Shown here: positions 9,408-19,689 of the stretch, in pieces
Position numbering within the stretch: position 1 is the first letter of the stretch
Layout: the number at the start of each line of letters is the position of its first letter
Source: an uncultured bacterium
GTDB taxonomy: Bacteria > Zixibacteria > MSB-5A5 > GN15 > FEB-12
Direction of reading: 5' to 3'
Length of the DNA stretch: 64,000 bases
Assembly: GCA_965372795.1 (NCBI GenBank)
Contig: CBDVDR010000016.1
Location: 19,119-83,118, forward strand
Made by a program: the position numbers and the translations under genes
Notes under the pieces: generated by a model
The model's input: the letters and a program-made list of their open reading frames with translations, nothing else
Database searches by the model: none
Told to the model about the DNA's origin: nothing

Positions 9408-11414
9408 ATGGCTAAGTTTATGCTTCCTCGATTACTGCTAAGTTTAATTTTTGCTTCATTAACTATTTCAATCAATGCTCAAATACCACAAGTTATTAAT
9501 TATCAGGGTCAATTGACTGACATTGGAGGAACACCGGTAGCTGACGGACTATACCTTATCAAGTTCCGTCTTTATGATGATCCGACTGCCGGTACAACTT
9601 TGTGGGATTCTGACTTTCGAACAATTCAGGTTACCGATGGACTCTTTTCGTATATGTTGGGTGATACTGTTACTATCCCGGCTACGGTCTTTACCAATAA
9701 TTCCAATGTCTATCTTGGTATAAAAGTCAGTGCCGATCCTGAGTTATCACCGCGAAACAAGATCACATCGGTAGGATTTTCTTATCACTCTTTACTTGCC
9801 GATTCGGCTAAGGTCGCCGGAAATTCCAAGTTGTTGGATAATTTACCTTCATTGTATTATCTCGACTGGGGCAATCTAACCGGCATGCCAGCAGGTTTTG
9901 CTGACGGCATTGATAATGAAGGCAGTGGCGGTGGTGGTGATATTACAAGTGTGACCGCCGGATCCGGTTTGACAGGCGGAGGTATATCCGGCGATGTTTC
10001 ATTGTCAATAGGAGCCGGTGCGATTGCCAATGGTCATTTGGCGACTAATTCTGTTACAAGCGATAAAATTCTAAACCAAACCATAAACGGTAATGATATT
10101 GTAAACAATTCACTCGCAGGAACTCACTTAATAAACAATACAATAACTTTTAATAAAATGGGTTCAAATGGTGCCGCAGAAGGTGAAGTTATGAAAATGA
10201 TAGGTGGTAACTGGACAGCGGAGCCTGATGAAACCGGTAGTGGAGGTGACATTACTGCTGTCAACTCCGGTAGCGGTCTGATCGGTGGCGGGACATCGGG
10301 TGATGTAACCTTATCAGTTGGCACTGGTGCGATAACATCTGATCACATTGCCAACAATTCCGTTGGTACCGATAACATCCAAATCAACTCTGTAACAACG
10401 AACAAAATTGCCAACTATGCAATAACCCATGTGAAAATAGATGATGGTGCCGTGAACGGTTCAAAAATCGCAGCCAGCTCTATAGATCATAATCATATCG
10501 TTAACGGTGAGGTTAACTCTGATGAAATTGCTGCAGATGCCGTGACCAGTAGCAAGATACTCGATGGAGCCGTGACCAGCTCTAAAATTTATGATGGTAC
10601 CATTACATCAGTTGATATAGCCAGCGGTGGTGTTGCTATGTCTAACATCAATCAATCTGGCGCAACCGAGTCTCAGGCTATCACATGGAGTGAGAGTGAA
10701 GATGTCTGGCAGCCCTCTACTGTCGGTGATATAACATCAGTATACGGCACTGAATTAGGTGGATTGGTAGGTGGCGGCACTGAAGGTGATGTTGGTTTAA
10801 GTATTGAATATCAAGGAGTAAATTCCTATTACATTCAAGATAATACCATTGTTGATGAAGATATAAGTGCATCGGCTGATATTGAGCCAAGTAAAATAAG
10901 AGGTGGCGCTGTTAATCACACCGATGCTCAATTAATTGAGGGGGACAAAACATTCCTCAGTTTGAGTATTGGCACAACAACAAGAAAACTGGCAGTTCCA
11001 AGTGCTGCTTTTGTTCCCAGTAGGAATACTTATTCATTTTCAAGAAACAGCTCATATTTGAGGAATACTGTTTCTTCTAATCAAGTATTTGTAGCACCTG
11101 TATTTTTGCCAGATGGTGCAATTGTTACGAAGGTTAAAGTTACTTATTATGATAATGAAGCGTCTTACGATGGACATATCGATTTGGTCAAAGTTTATAT
11201 GTATGGTGGTGGTGAGATCTTAATGGCAAGTGAAGGAACATCCGGCACGCCGGGTTTTTCAACAGTTACAGATAATACGATTATCAGCGAAACAGTAAGT
11301 AATGATGGTTATAATTATTATTTGTCTGCAAGCATGACATACAGCAGTAACTCACTCAACATGAGACTCTATGGCGCCGAGATTGAATACACTATTACGA
11401 AACCGCTGCCATAA
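9408..11414 (+). CDS. Secreted repeat-rich fibre/adhesin-like protein
   Basis: Signal peptide, QIPQVINYQGQLTD N-domain, three GDITSV..G.GL.GGG..GDV.LS repeats, AVTSSKI-type 10-residue repeats. Confidence 0.7.
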   Translation: MAKFMLPRLLLSLIFASLTISINAQIPQVINYQGQLTDIGGTPVADGLYLIKFRLYDDPTAGTTLWDSDFRTIQVTDGLFSYMLGDTVTIPATVFTNNSNVYLGIKVSADPELSPRNKITSVGFSYHSLLADSAKVAGNSKLLDNLPSLYYLDWGNLTGMPAGFADGIDNEGSGGGGDITSVTAGSGLTGGGISGDVSLSIGAGAIANGHLATNSVTSDKILNQTINGNDIVNNSLAGTHLINNTITFNKMGSNGAAEGEVMKMIGGNWTAEPDETGSGGDITAVNSGSGLIGGGTSGDVTLSVGTGAITSDHIANNSVGTDNIQINSVTTNKIANYAITHVKIDDGAVNGSKIAASSIDHNHIVNGEVNSDEIAADAVTSSKILDGAVTSSKIYDGTITSVDIASGGVAMSNINQSGATESQAITWSESEDVWQPSTVGDITSVYGTELGGLVGGGTEGDVGLSIEYQGVNSYYIQDNTIVDEDISASADIEPSKIRGGAVNHTDAQLIEGDKTFLSLSIGTTTRKLAVPSAAFVPSRNTYSFSRNSSYLRNTVSSNQVFVAPVFLPDGAIVTKVKVTYYDNEASYDGHIDLVKVYMYGGGEILMASEGTSGTPGFSTVTDNTIISETVSNDGYNYYLSASMTYSSNSLNMRLYGAEIEYTITKPLP

Positions 11415-11500
11415 GATTTTATTGCATTTGCAAGCCGTAGATTATGTGAGCAAAAGAAAATGCTTCTCTTGAAGTAGTTAGTAATTGTTTTTAAATAATT

Positions 11501-11531
11501 AAGGGCAGATATCACATCTGTCCTTTTTTTT
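11501..11531 (+). terminator. Intrinsic terminator (paralogue of the 9211 hairpin)
   Basis: aagggcagat-atcac-atctgtcctt followed by a T-run. Confidence 0.7.
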
Positions 11532-11616
11532 GGGACTTGACATGGACAATTCGGTAGGTTATAATTGTTATGAAATCGTGGGATAATAACGTTTGTTAAT
11601 ATTGAAAGGTGAAAAA

Positions 11617-12213
11617 GTGGCAATTAATGATGCCGAGAGGCTTAATAGCAATAATTCTGCCTTATATTGCTATGGCACTGCATATATCTTTGAACAAAGA
11701 GTTACGCCTCTTCGAATTGCTATCAAAATACTTCTATTCAGTAGCCTAGCTGGGCCTCTTGTTATAGGTGCTTTAGTCATAGCAGTTGGTACAAAAGGAA
11801 CAATAATAAAATGGGCATTAATTGTTGCAGCAATTTTAAGCTTTATCCAGATTATAGTTTCTTTATGGTCACTAGTAGCACAGTGGCAAAACAAGCTTCC
11901 TTCTTACGAGAATAGCATTATTGAAAATCACCTACTTTCTAATGAATTCAAGGATTTAGCTAACAATAACATATTATCTGATTCAGAATGGAGAACACGT
12001 TCTGATGTTTTAGAAGTGAAAGGGGAGTTTCAAAAGAGAAAGGATTTAACACAAAGTATTTCTGAAGAAGAAAAAAGAATGGGAATGCGATATGCCCTTC
12101 GGTTTTTTGGACGACAATGTGTAGGGTGTAGTGAAGTACCCATAACAATTGAAACATCGGATTGTCCAGTTTGTGGTCAATTCAAAACAAGGAAATTTAA
12201 ATGGCTGATGTAA
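11617..12213 (+). CDS. Mobilome CxxCx(11)CxxC two-TM protein
   Basis: Two TM helices; EEKRMGMRYAL...CVGC-x11-CPVC; GTG start assumed. Confidence 0.75.
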   Translation: MAINDAERLNSNNSALYCYGTAYIFEQRVTPLRIAIKILLFSSLAGPLVIGALVIAVGTKGTIIKWALIVAAILSFIQIIVSLWSLVAQWQNKLPSYENSIIENHLLSNEFKDLANNNILSDSEWRTRSDVLEVKGEFQKRKDLTQSISEEEKRMGMRYALRFFGRQCVGCSEVPITIETSDCPVCGQFKTRKFKWLM

Positions 12214-12407
12214 ATCCAAAGATGTTAAAAGTAATGCAAGGTTTCGCTTCACTTGATTATGAAGAACGACCTGAACTGCTTAAATGGATAGTACAATATC
12301 AAGATAACATTGATGATCGAAGAGATATAATGGAATCTATAGCAAAAGCTGCTGGTGTTTCTTTAGGACCAATAGGGCAAGGTTCGTGTCCATGTTGTGG
12401 TAAGTAA
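12201..12407 (+). CDS. Small hypothetical protein ending CPCCGK
   Basis: Overlaps the upstream stop; C-terminal Cys motif. Confidence 0.6.
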   Translation: MADVNPKMLKVMQGFASLDYEERPELLKWIVQYQDNIDDRRDIMESIAKAAGVSLGPIGQGSCPCCGK

Positions 12408-12480
12408 TTTTTCTACTAATTATTTATCAAAAGTAATAATAAATAAATTATTGAGGTATCTTAGGAGCTTACTTTTCAAA

Positions 12481-13131
12481 ATGACAAAAATCAAGAGTGG
12501 TTTTCTTTATACAATCGTAAATTCGGGAATAAACTCACTAAAGTATATAAATTTAGTTGAACTATTCAAATTTGTTGTGATTCATCTCTTCTCAGATAAG
12601 AAAAATAATGATAAAAAAATAATGTGTTCTCAAATTGCTGTCGATTTATTCATAATATTTAAGTGGTTATTCATCCTCGTCCTATGGATTTATAATATAT
12701 CCAATAATTGGTTGCTAATTATTGTTTGGTATTTATTGGTAACTAATCTCTATACCTATTTCTATTATCATACTTGGTCTAGTGAGGTTTTAGAAGATGC
12801 TTATATGGATACTGCAAGAGTTAAACGACGATTCTTTAATTCATTACTTGCACTTTTTTATTCAATTTACGGTTTTGCATATTTGTATAATATCCCATAC
12901 TCAAATGAATTTTCTTGGGGGTTAAATGGACATTCTGCTCAAAGTTCTTTATGGTATAGCATATCAAATTCCTTTACTGCAAGTTATGATGTTGTTAAAT
13001 CTACAACAGACTTAGGCCACACCATTTCGATTATACAACTTGTGATGATGTTTATTTTTGTAACTATAATTATTGGAGGTTCTATACCTCAAATAAATCA
13101 AAAAAAAACGGAGAGTAATGATGGCTTATAA
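12481..13131 (+). CDS. Multi-TM protein with ion-channel pore-like C-terminus
   Basis: About 4 TMs; SLWYSISNSFTASYDVV...ISIIQL resembles a two-TM channel pore helix and inner helix; ATG at 12481 assumed. Confidence 0.5.
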   Translation: MTKIKSGFLYTIVNSGINSLKYINLVELFKFVVIHLFSDKKNNDKKIMCSQIAVDLFIIFKWLFILVLWIYNISNNWLLIIVWYLLVTNLYTYFYYHTWSSEVLEDAYMDTARVKRRFFNSLLALFYSIYGFAYLYNIPYSNEFSWGLNGHSAQSSLWYSISNSFTASYDVVKSTTDLGHTISIIQLVMMFIFVTIIIGGSIPQINQKKTESNDGL

Positions 13132-13618
13132 AAATAAAACTTATGTATGTTTTGATGCTGATACCGACATTCATTATTATTGGCTTATGACTGCTTGGAA
13201 AGAAAACGAAAAATTCGCATTTAATTTTGATAATGCTCATGAGATAAATAATTTGAGTGACAGCAGTTCTGAAGAAACTATAAAGACAAAACTAAGAGAA
13301 CGACTCAAAAATACAAAAGTACTTATAGTATTAATCGGAAAAAACACAAAAAAACTCTATAAATATGTTCGTTGGGAAATTGAATATGCAATTGATAAAG
13401 ATATTCCTATAGTTGCTGTAAACTTAAATAAAAAGAAAAAATTTGATCAACAACTTTGCCCACCAATATTATCGAAGAAACTAGCTGTTCATATATCATA
13501 TGAACAAAAAATTATAGACTTTGCCTTAAATAACTGGCCAAGTAGTCACCAAACTTACAAGAAGAAAGGGAAAGTAGGATCATTTTATTATGAAACAAGT
13601 GTTTATGATAACCTATAA
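13118..13618 (+). CDS. TIR domain protein, Thoeris ThsB-like (MTH538/DUF1863 type)
   Basis: KTYVCFDAD, IKTKLRERL, VLIGKNT, YVRWEIEYA (catalytic Glu), IPIVAVNL. Confidence 0.85.
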   Translation: MMAYKNKTYVCFDADTDIHYYWLMTAWKENEKFAFNFDNAHEINNLSDSSSEETIKTKLRERLKNTKVLIVLIGKNTKKLYKYVRWEIEYAIDKDIPIVAVNLNKKKKFDQQLCPPILSKKLAVHISYEQKIIDFALNNWPSSHQTYKKKGKVGSFYYETSVYDNL

Positions 13619-13796
13619 ATAGCACTATCAAAAATAGTTAATCTTGGTTACTTCCAATATCCGGAAAAACTTTTAAACTTTCTACTCCCCCACTCTCCCC
13701 CTAAAATAAAAGCCAATTCTCGCCCTTGACTCGAGTCGAATATCTTCTTTTATTAGATGAAATTCAAAAAGTCAAAGTAACTGCAAAGGTTAGTTT

Positions 13797-15275
13797 ATGT
13801 CACAAACTTCCGCATCACCCCAATCGGGGGCATCATCCCAAATGGGAACTGAAAGTTTATTCAAACAAATGGCATCGCTTAGTTGGCCGTTCTGGATGGT
13901 CAATATTATGGAGATGTTCGAACGACTGGCGTATTATGGGGTTAGGGTTGTAATCCCGATCTACATCGCTCAGGCTGATGAAATCAATGGTCTTCATTTT
14001 ACCCAAGTCGATAAAGGGATCATCTTTTTCTGGTGGGCGATTTTTCAGTCGATCACCCCGATGTTTTCCGGCGGGTTTGCTGACCGCTATGGTTTCAAAA
14101 AAACTATCGGAATCTCGATAGCTATTAAAGTGTTCGGGTATGTTTTAATGGCAACTCAAACCGAGTTTTGGCCATTTTTGATCGGTTGCTGTATTTTAGC
14201 GCTGGGAACGGCAATATTCAAACCGGGGGTTCAGGGTACAATGGTGCAGACCATTACCAAAAAGAACTCATCGGTCGGATGGGGCACGTTTTATATGCTG
14301 GTAAATATCGGTGGGTTCCTTGGACCACCCCTGGCTCATTATCTTTATGGTATATCCTGGCCGGCAGTATTTTACGGTTGTGCCGCTATCGTATCGATCA
14401 ATTTCCTGATGCTGTTTACTTATAAAGAAGTTCCGCCGGGCGGCGTTCAAAAAGGCGGCGCAATGGAAGTTCTTCGGCTAACAGCCAAAAATTTGATGAA
14501 CCCAAGATTAGCCATATTTATTCTGATCATGTCCGGGTTTTGGCTGATGTTTATGCAGTTGTTTGATATGCTTCCCAACTTCATTGTCGACTGGGTTGAC
14601 AGTTCACAACTGGTGGCTGATTTGAATCTGCCGGATTGGATGCTTCAAGCTAACTCAACCAGAGGTCCGCAACTTTCACAGGAATGGATGATTAATATTA
14701 ACCCCGGGCTTATTATTTTTACGGTGGTGATGATTTCATGGATGGTCGCCAAGATGCGACGGGTGATGTCGATATTTTTTGGAATCGTAATCGCATCATT
14801 GGGGTTAATTTTTGCCGGCTTTACAACTTCCGGTTATCTCTGTCTGATGGGTGTTTTGGTATTCTCTGTCGGTGAGATGATGTCTTCACCCAAAATGAAC
14901 GACTATCTCGGAGTGATTGCTCCCGAAGGTCAAAAAGGTTTGTACATGGGGTATGCCAATATTCCGCAAGGAATAGGCTGGGCGATTGGTTCGTTGTTTG
15001 CCGGTCATGTTTATGATACTATGGGCGATAAAGCTAATCTGGCTTTGAAATATCTGGCTGAAAACTATAGTATCACCGGAATCGAACGATCGGAGGCGAT
15101 GACAAAGCTTATGGAAGTATCCGGGATGGATGCAATTGAGGCAACAAAATTGCTTTGGAACGCGTATGACCCTTATAAGCTTTGGTATCAGTTTGCCGCA
15201 ATCGGAATTGCCTCGGCGATTGGGATGCTGTTCTATGCTAAGTGGGTGAAAAAATATGAAGCACCCGATGTTTAA
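13797..15275 (+). CDS. MFS transporter, POT/peptide-transporter-like
   Basis: EMFERLAYYG (ExxERxxYYG), GGFADRYG, FYMLVNIGG, GEMMSSP. Confidence 0.88.
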   Translation: MSQTSASPQSGASSQMGTESLFKQMASLSWPFWMVNIMEMFERLAYYGVRVVIPIYIAQADEINGLHFTQVDKGIIFFWWAIFQSITPMFSGGFADRYGFKKTIGISIAIKVFGYVLMATQTEFWPFLIGCCILALGTAIFKPGVQGTMVQTITKKNSSVGWGTFYMLVNIGGFLGPPLAHYLYGISWPAVFYGCAAIVSINFLMLFTYKEVPPGGVQKGGAMEVLRLTAKNLMNPRLAIFILIMSGFWLMFMQLFDMLPNFIVDWVDSSQLVADLNLPDWMLQANSTRGPQLSQEWMININPGLIIFTVVMISWMVAKMRRVMSIFFGIVIASLGLIFAGFTTSGYLCLMGVLVFSVGEMMSSPKMNDYLGVIAPEGQKGLYMGYANIPQGIGWAIGSLFAGHVYDTMGDKANLALKYLAENYSITGIERSEAMTKLMEVSGMDAIEATKLLWNAYDPYKLWYQFAAIGIASAIGMLFYAKWVKKYEAPDV

Positions 15276-15314
15276 AGTGACAATGTAATTATTTAAATTT
15301 TTGGAGAATAAAAA

Positions 15315-17138
15315 ATGACAACTGCAACAGAAACTAAAACTCCTGCTGCACCCAAATGGGATCTTGAATCTGTTTTCCCCGGTGGAAGCGGCTCAACCGA
15401 ATTTAAAGAATATCGCGAGAAAGTTAAAGCTGAGGTAATTCACACAGCAGAACTTTTGAAAAATCTTCCTGAATCAATCGATAATTCCTCAATTGATAAA
15501 TGGACAGAATCGGTTGTCGCTCTTCAATCCAATATTGAAAATATCGAACTGATTTTAGCCTTTGCCGGATGTCTGACTTCACAGAATGTTGATGATGCTG
15601 ACGCTTTGGTAATTGAAGCCGAAGCTGATGAGCTTCATTCTGAATGGCAAAAACTTTTAACCGATCTTGAGGCTCGTTCATTAAAACAGACCGATGAACA
15701 ATGGGCATCACTATTGGCAAGAGACGAACTCAAGGGCTTAACTTTTTATCTCAATAAAGTTCGTGAGATTGCAAAAAGTAAAATGCCTTTGGAACTTGAG
15801 ACCCTGGCATTGGACCTTGCTGTTAACGGATACCACGCCTGGAATCGTCTTTATGATAAAATGGCTGGAGATTTAAAAGTTGAGTTCGATGAAAACGGCG
15901 AATCCAAAACTTTATCACTGGGGCAGCTTTCCACAAAAATGTCTGATCCGAACCGTGATATCCGCAAACAGGCTTTTGAAAAAATGACTACTGCCTGGGA
16001 GAGCCGTGAAGAACTGGCTGCCATGACATTGAATTCTCTTGGTGGATTTCGTCTCAGTCTTTACAAAAACCGTAAATGGGAATCCCCTCTTTATGAACCG
16101 CTGGTTATGTCACGCATGAAACAAGGGACTCTTGACACAATGTGGAATGTGATCGAACGAGAGACACCTCGTTTACAATCATACGTTGATGCCAAGAAAA
16201 AACTTTTGAACATTGATAAATACAGATGGTATGATGAGTTTGCTCCGGTCGGTAAAGCTGACAAGCTGTATTCATTTGAAGAAGCCGGTAAATTTATCAT
16301 TGATAACATTCGTCCTTTCTCAGAAGACATGGCTGACTTTGTAAAAATGGCTTTGGATAAAAGATGGGTCGAGGCTGAGGATCGTGCCGGTAAACGGGGC
16401 GGTGCTTTCTGTACCGGATTCGGACCTTTACGTCAGACCAGAGTATTCATGACTTACTCAGGGACTTATGAAAATCTATTGACGCTTGCCCATGAATTAG
16501 GACATGCATATCATGGCTGGGTCTTAAAAGATTCTCCATACTTTGCGACTGAGTATCCGATGAACCTTGCCGAAACAGCTTCAATTTTTGCAGAAACTCT
16601 GGTAACAGATGCTGCCTTGAAACAGACAACTGATCCAAGAGAAAAGCTGATGTTGCTTGAACAAAAGATACAAGGCGCATATGTCATGTTCACCGATATT
16701 TACAGCCGTTATCTTTTTGATCGTTCGTTCTATGCCAAACGCAAAGATGGTGTGGTTTCAGCCCAACAGTTACGGGAATTGATGGTTGCCGCCCAAAAAC
16801 AGGCTTATGGAAATCTGCTTGATGAGTCAGGCTTCCACCCTCTGTTCTGGTGTTCGAAATTACATTTCTATATTTCCGACGCACCATTCTATAATTTCCC
16901 ATACACTTTTGGATTCTTATTCTCAGGCGGGGTGTATGACCGTTCTCAAAAAGAAGGGGCATCATTCGCCGACAAATACCGAGCCTTGCTTGCTGACACC
17001 GGCAGAATGACCACTGAAGATGTAGCATCAAAACATCTCGGCGTAGATTTAACCAAAGACGAATTTTGGAAGGACGCTGTTAGTCGGTCTCTGGCTGATA
17101 TTGATGAATTTGTTAAACTGGCCAATGAGCTTTCCTAA
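15315..17138 (+). CDS. M3 family oligoendopeptidase (PepF-like)
   Basis: WDLESVF, GKRGGAFC, TLAHELGHAYH, AETAS, FYNFPYTFG. Confidence 0.92.
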   Translation: MTTATETKTPAAPKWDLESVFPGGSGSTEFKEYREKVKAEVIHTAELLKNLPESIDNSSIDKWTESVVALQSNIENIELILAFAGCLTSQNVDDADALVIEAEADELHSEWQKLLTDLEARSLKQTDEQWASLLARDELKGLTFYLNKVREIAKSKMPLELETLALDLAVNGYHAWNRLYDKMAGDLKVEFDENGESKTLSLGQLSTKMSDPNRDIRKQAFEKMTTAWESREELAAMTLNSLGGFRLSLYKNRKWESPLYEPLVMSRMKQGTLDTMWNVIERETPRLQSYVDAKKKLLNIDKYRWYDEFAPVGKADKLYSFEEAGKFIIDNIRPFSEDMADFVKMALDKRWVEAEDRAGKRGGAFCTGFGPLRQTRVFMTYSGTYENLLTLAHELGHAYHGWVLKDSPYFATEYPMNLAETASIFAETLVTDAALKQTTDPREKLMLLEQKIQGAYVMFTDIYSRYLFDRSFYAKRKDGVVSAQQLRELMVAAQKQAYGNLLDESGFHPLFWCSKLHFYISDAPFYNFPYTFGFLFSGGVYDRSQKEGASFADKYRALLADTGRMTTEDVASKHLGVDLTKDEFWKDAVSRSLADIDEFVKLANELS

Positions 17139-17147
17139 GCTGATTAT

Positions 17148-18260
17148 ATGCCAAAAGAAACAAACAGACCTGAATCCGGTTTATGGAAAGATTTCATAAA
17201 CCGGAAATCTATTGATAGTCTTGCAGAACATCTCGGTCGGGTTTACAAAAAATTTGATCGAAATGAATTTGTCACAACTATCTTATCAGATGGATTTTTT
17301 CAATTAGAACTAAAAGATCGCATCACAACTATCGCCACAAAATTAAATGATTTTATGCCGAAAGATTATTCCAGAACTACAAAACTGTTAATCAAAATCG
17401 CTCCGGAACTTGATGCCCTTCATAATTGGATAATGACCGATTATGTTCGAATTCATGGGGTTAATTATTTTGAAGAATCAATTAATGCTTTGAAAGAATT
17501 AACCAAATACGGCACCAGTGAATTTGCTATTAAAGTATTCATAAATCGCTATACCGATAAAATGATTCCCATTTTGAACGAGTGGGCGATTGATGACAAT
17601 GAACATGTTCGCAGACTTGCCGCCGAAGGTTCCCGCCCCCGGGGAGTCTGGGTCGAGCATATTGATGAATTTAAAAAAGACCCTAAGCCGGTTTTGGATC
17701 TGCTTGAGAAATTAAAAGCTGATCCCTCGTTGTATGTTCGCAAAGCAGTGGCTAACAATCTAAATGATATTTCCAAGGAACATCCGAAAACGGTAATTAG
17801 GATTTCTAAGAGGTGGAAAAAGGACAAAAACAAACTGACCGACTGGATTATCAAACATGGTTGTCGTTCGCTGATAAAACAGGGATATCCGGAAGTCTTC
17901 CCTCTTTTTGATTTCGCCTCTGACCCTAAAATTGAAATCTCTGATTTTGCGCTAAAGAAAACTAAAATAAAGTTGAATGATAAAATTGAAATTCCATTTA
18001 GTATAAGTTCATCATCAAACAGAACTCAAAAACTGGCGATTGATTATGCCATTCAATATATGAAAAAAAACGGCAAGCTCTCGCGAAAAGTTTTTAAATT
18101 GAGTGAAAAGAAACTCGAATCATCAAAACAGATCGACCTTAGATTACGTCATAGCTTTATAAATAATTCCACCCGTAAACATAATAACGGGAAACATCAG
18201 ATAGAACTTATGGTTTGCGGGAAATCTTTTGGGATCATTGATATTAGTTTAAGCGTATAA
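17148..18260 (+). CDS. DNA alkylation repair protein (AlkC/AlkD-like HEAT repeat) with C-terminal beta domain
   Basis: TSEFAI, HVRRLAAEGSRPR, DPSLYVRKAVANNLNDISK, KVFKL...TRKH. Confidence 0.85.
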   Translation: MPKETNRPESGLWKDFINRKSIDSLAEHLGRVYKKFDRNEFVTTILSDGFFQLELKDRITTIATKLNDFMPKDYSRTTKLLIKIAPELDALHNWIMTDYVRIHGVNYFEESINALKELTKYGTSEFAIKVFINRYTDKMIPILNEWAIDDNEHVRRLAAEGSRPRGVWVEHIDEFKKDPKPVLDLLEKLKADPSLYVRKAVANNLNDISKEHPKTVIRISKRWKKDKNKLTDWIIKHGCRSLIKQGYPEVFPLFDFASDPKIEISDFALKKTKIKLNDKIEIPFSISSSSNRTQKLAIDYAIQYMKKNGKLSRKVFKLSEKKLESSKQIDLRLRHSFINNSTRKHNNGKHQIELMVCGKSFGIIDISLSV

Positions 18261-18316
18261 CTTCTGGAACTCGAATATATTTATTACTGTTGCATATATT
18301 AAAACAAGGATCAACT

Positions 18317-19342
18317 ATGAAAAAATTTGTATTCTTAATATTTGTACTTTCAATCTTATTGATAACTCAATCTCTGTTTGCTCAACGCACCGAGCCAGAG
18401 AAAACCGAAGTGCGCGGGCATACAATGTTCACGGTTTTGCAACCGGGAGAAATTCCGGCAATTTTTGAGCCGGAGTTTCTTACTATTGCTGAAGCCGAAC
18501 AAATGTTTTACCCCGATGAAAATCTTCTGGTAGTACGGGATGGTGACGTTGTCAAAGGGTACTCAACCTGGCATCTTGACAATCATGAAATAGTAAACGA
18601 TTATATAAACGGTAAAGCTATTACCGTAACATGGTGACCGCTTTGCTATACCGGCATAGTTTATGCCGCAACCCTTGATAATAAACGATATACTTTTCAA
18701 CCTTCCGGTTCACTCTGGCAGGATGCTTTGGTAATGCAGGATATGGAGACCGGCTCGCTCTGGGCGCAAGTATTAGGTGAATCAATTATGGGCGATATGG
18801 AAAACAGTAAGCTGACTTTGTTTCCATCATCCCGGACCACGTTTGAAGAATTCAAAAGATTATATCCAAACGGTATTCTTCTAAAAAAGGATGGGCGGGG
18901 TTTACCAAATTCTCCTTATGAAAATTATTTCCGTGACCGGACCAAACTTGGAATCTTCGGGCGTGTTGATAATTTTCGCCGTCTTAAAGGCAAAGAGATG
19001 GTTGTTGGAGTTCGGTATAATGGAGTTCAGGTTGCAGTTACCAGAAAAGTATTAAGAAAAAAGGGGTTTTGTGTCATTAAAGAGCTCCATCCACCAGTTA
19101 TTTTGACTTATAATGATAGCACCGAGTCAATATCAGCTTTCCGCTATAGCATTCCCGGTGCAAAACTGGAATTTGAATTAAAAGGAAATTTGATTCAATT
19201 AAAGAAGTCTGATAATAGTTGGAATCTTTTTACTGGAAAAATAGCTACGGGAAATGCCAAAGACCTTGAATTAGCACCGTTTACGACATCTTATTGGTTT
19301 GCCTGGTCGAGTTTTTTCCCAGAGACAAAATTGATAAAATAG
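18317..19342 (+). CDS. DUF3179-family selenoprotein (in-frame UGA at 18635-18637; W-U-P-L-C)
   Basis: ORFs 18290-18637 and 18728-19342 share a frame separated only by TGA; HEIVND...VTWUPLC; YWFAW..FFPET C-terminus. Confidence 0.82.
18638..18671 (+). promoter_or_regulatory. Putative bacterial SECIS element
   Basis: Perfect stem cggcata/tatgccg (18652-18668) with a G-first loop about 21 nt after the UGA. Confidence 0.65.
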
Positions 19343-19363
19343 CAAAGTTCTTAATAAAACTTC

Positions 19364-19391
19364 TTGCCTTTTTGATAAATTTATTTATAAT
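19364..19391 (+). promoter_or_regulatory. Sigma70-like promoter of the tRNA operon
   Basis: TTGCCT-16 nt-TATAAT upstream of tRNA-Val. Confidence 0.5.
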
Positions 19392-19465
19392 TAAAAGCCC
19401 GGTCTAAAAGCCGGGCTGTTTTAAAATGTCGCATGTAAGGCGTTGTCTTACAACAGTATTAAATA

Positions 19466-19539
19466 GGGCGATTAGCTCAGCTGGTTAGAGCACATGCCTT
19501 ACACGCATGGGGTCATAAGTTCGAATCTTATATCGCCCA
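19466..19539 (+). tRNA. tRNA-Val(TAC)
   Basis: Cloverleaf: gggcgat/atcgccc acceptor, catgc-cttacac-gcatg anticodon arm, GTTCGA T-loop. Confidence 0.95.
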
Positions 19540-19615
19540 TTTAAAACGGCGACGAGATCGAATGGCTGATTTTTGGAGAGAAAATTCGACATTTGTCGAT
19601 ACATATAAGATTAAC

Positions 19616-19689
19616 GGGGTTGTAGTTCAGTTGGTTAGAACGCCTGCCTGTCACGCAGGAGGCCGCGAGTTCGAGTCTCGTCAACCCCG
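19616..19689 (+). tRNA. tRNA-Asp(GTC); integration target (attL)
   Basis: ggggttg/caacccc acceptor, cctgc-ctgtcac-gcagg anticodon arm, GTTCGAG T-loop; followed by ctt rather than cca. Confidence 0.95.

Noticed and set aside
18290..18637. Separate 115-aa gene or nonsense pseudogene
   Set aside because: Better explained as the N-terminal half of a UGA-readthrough selenoprotein.
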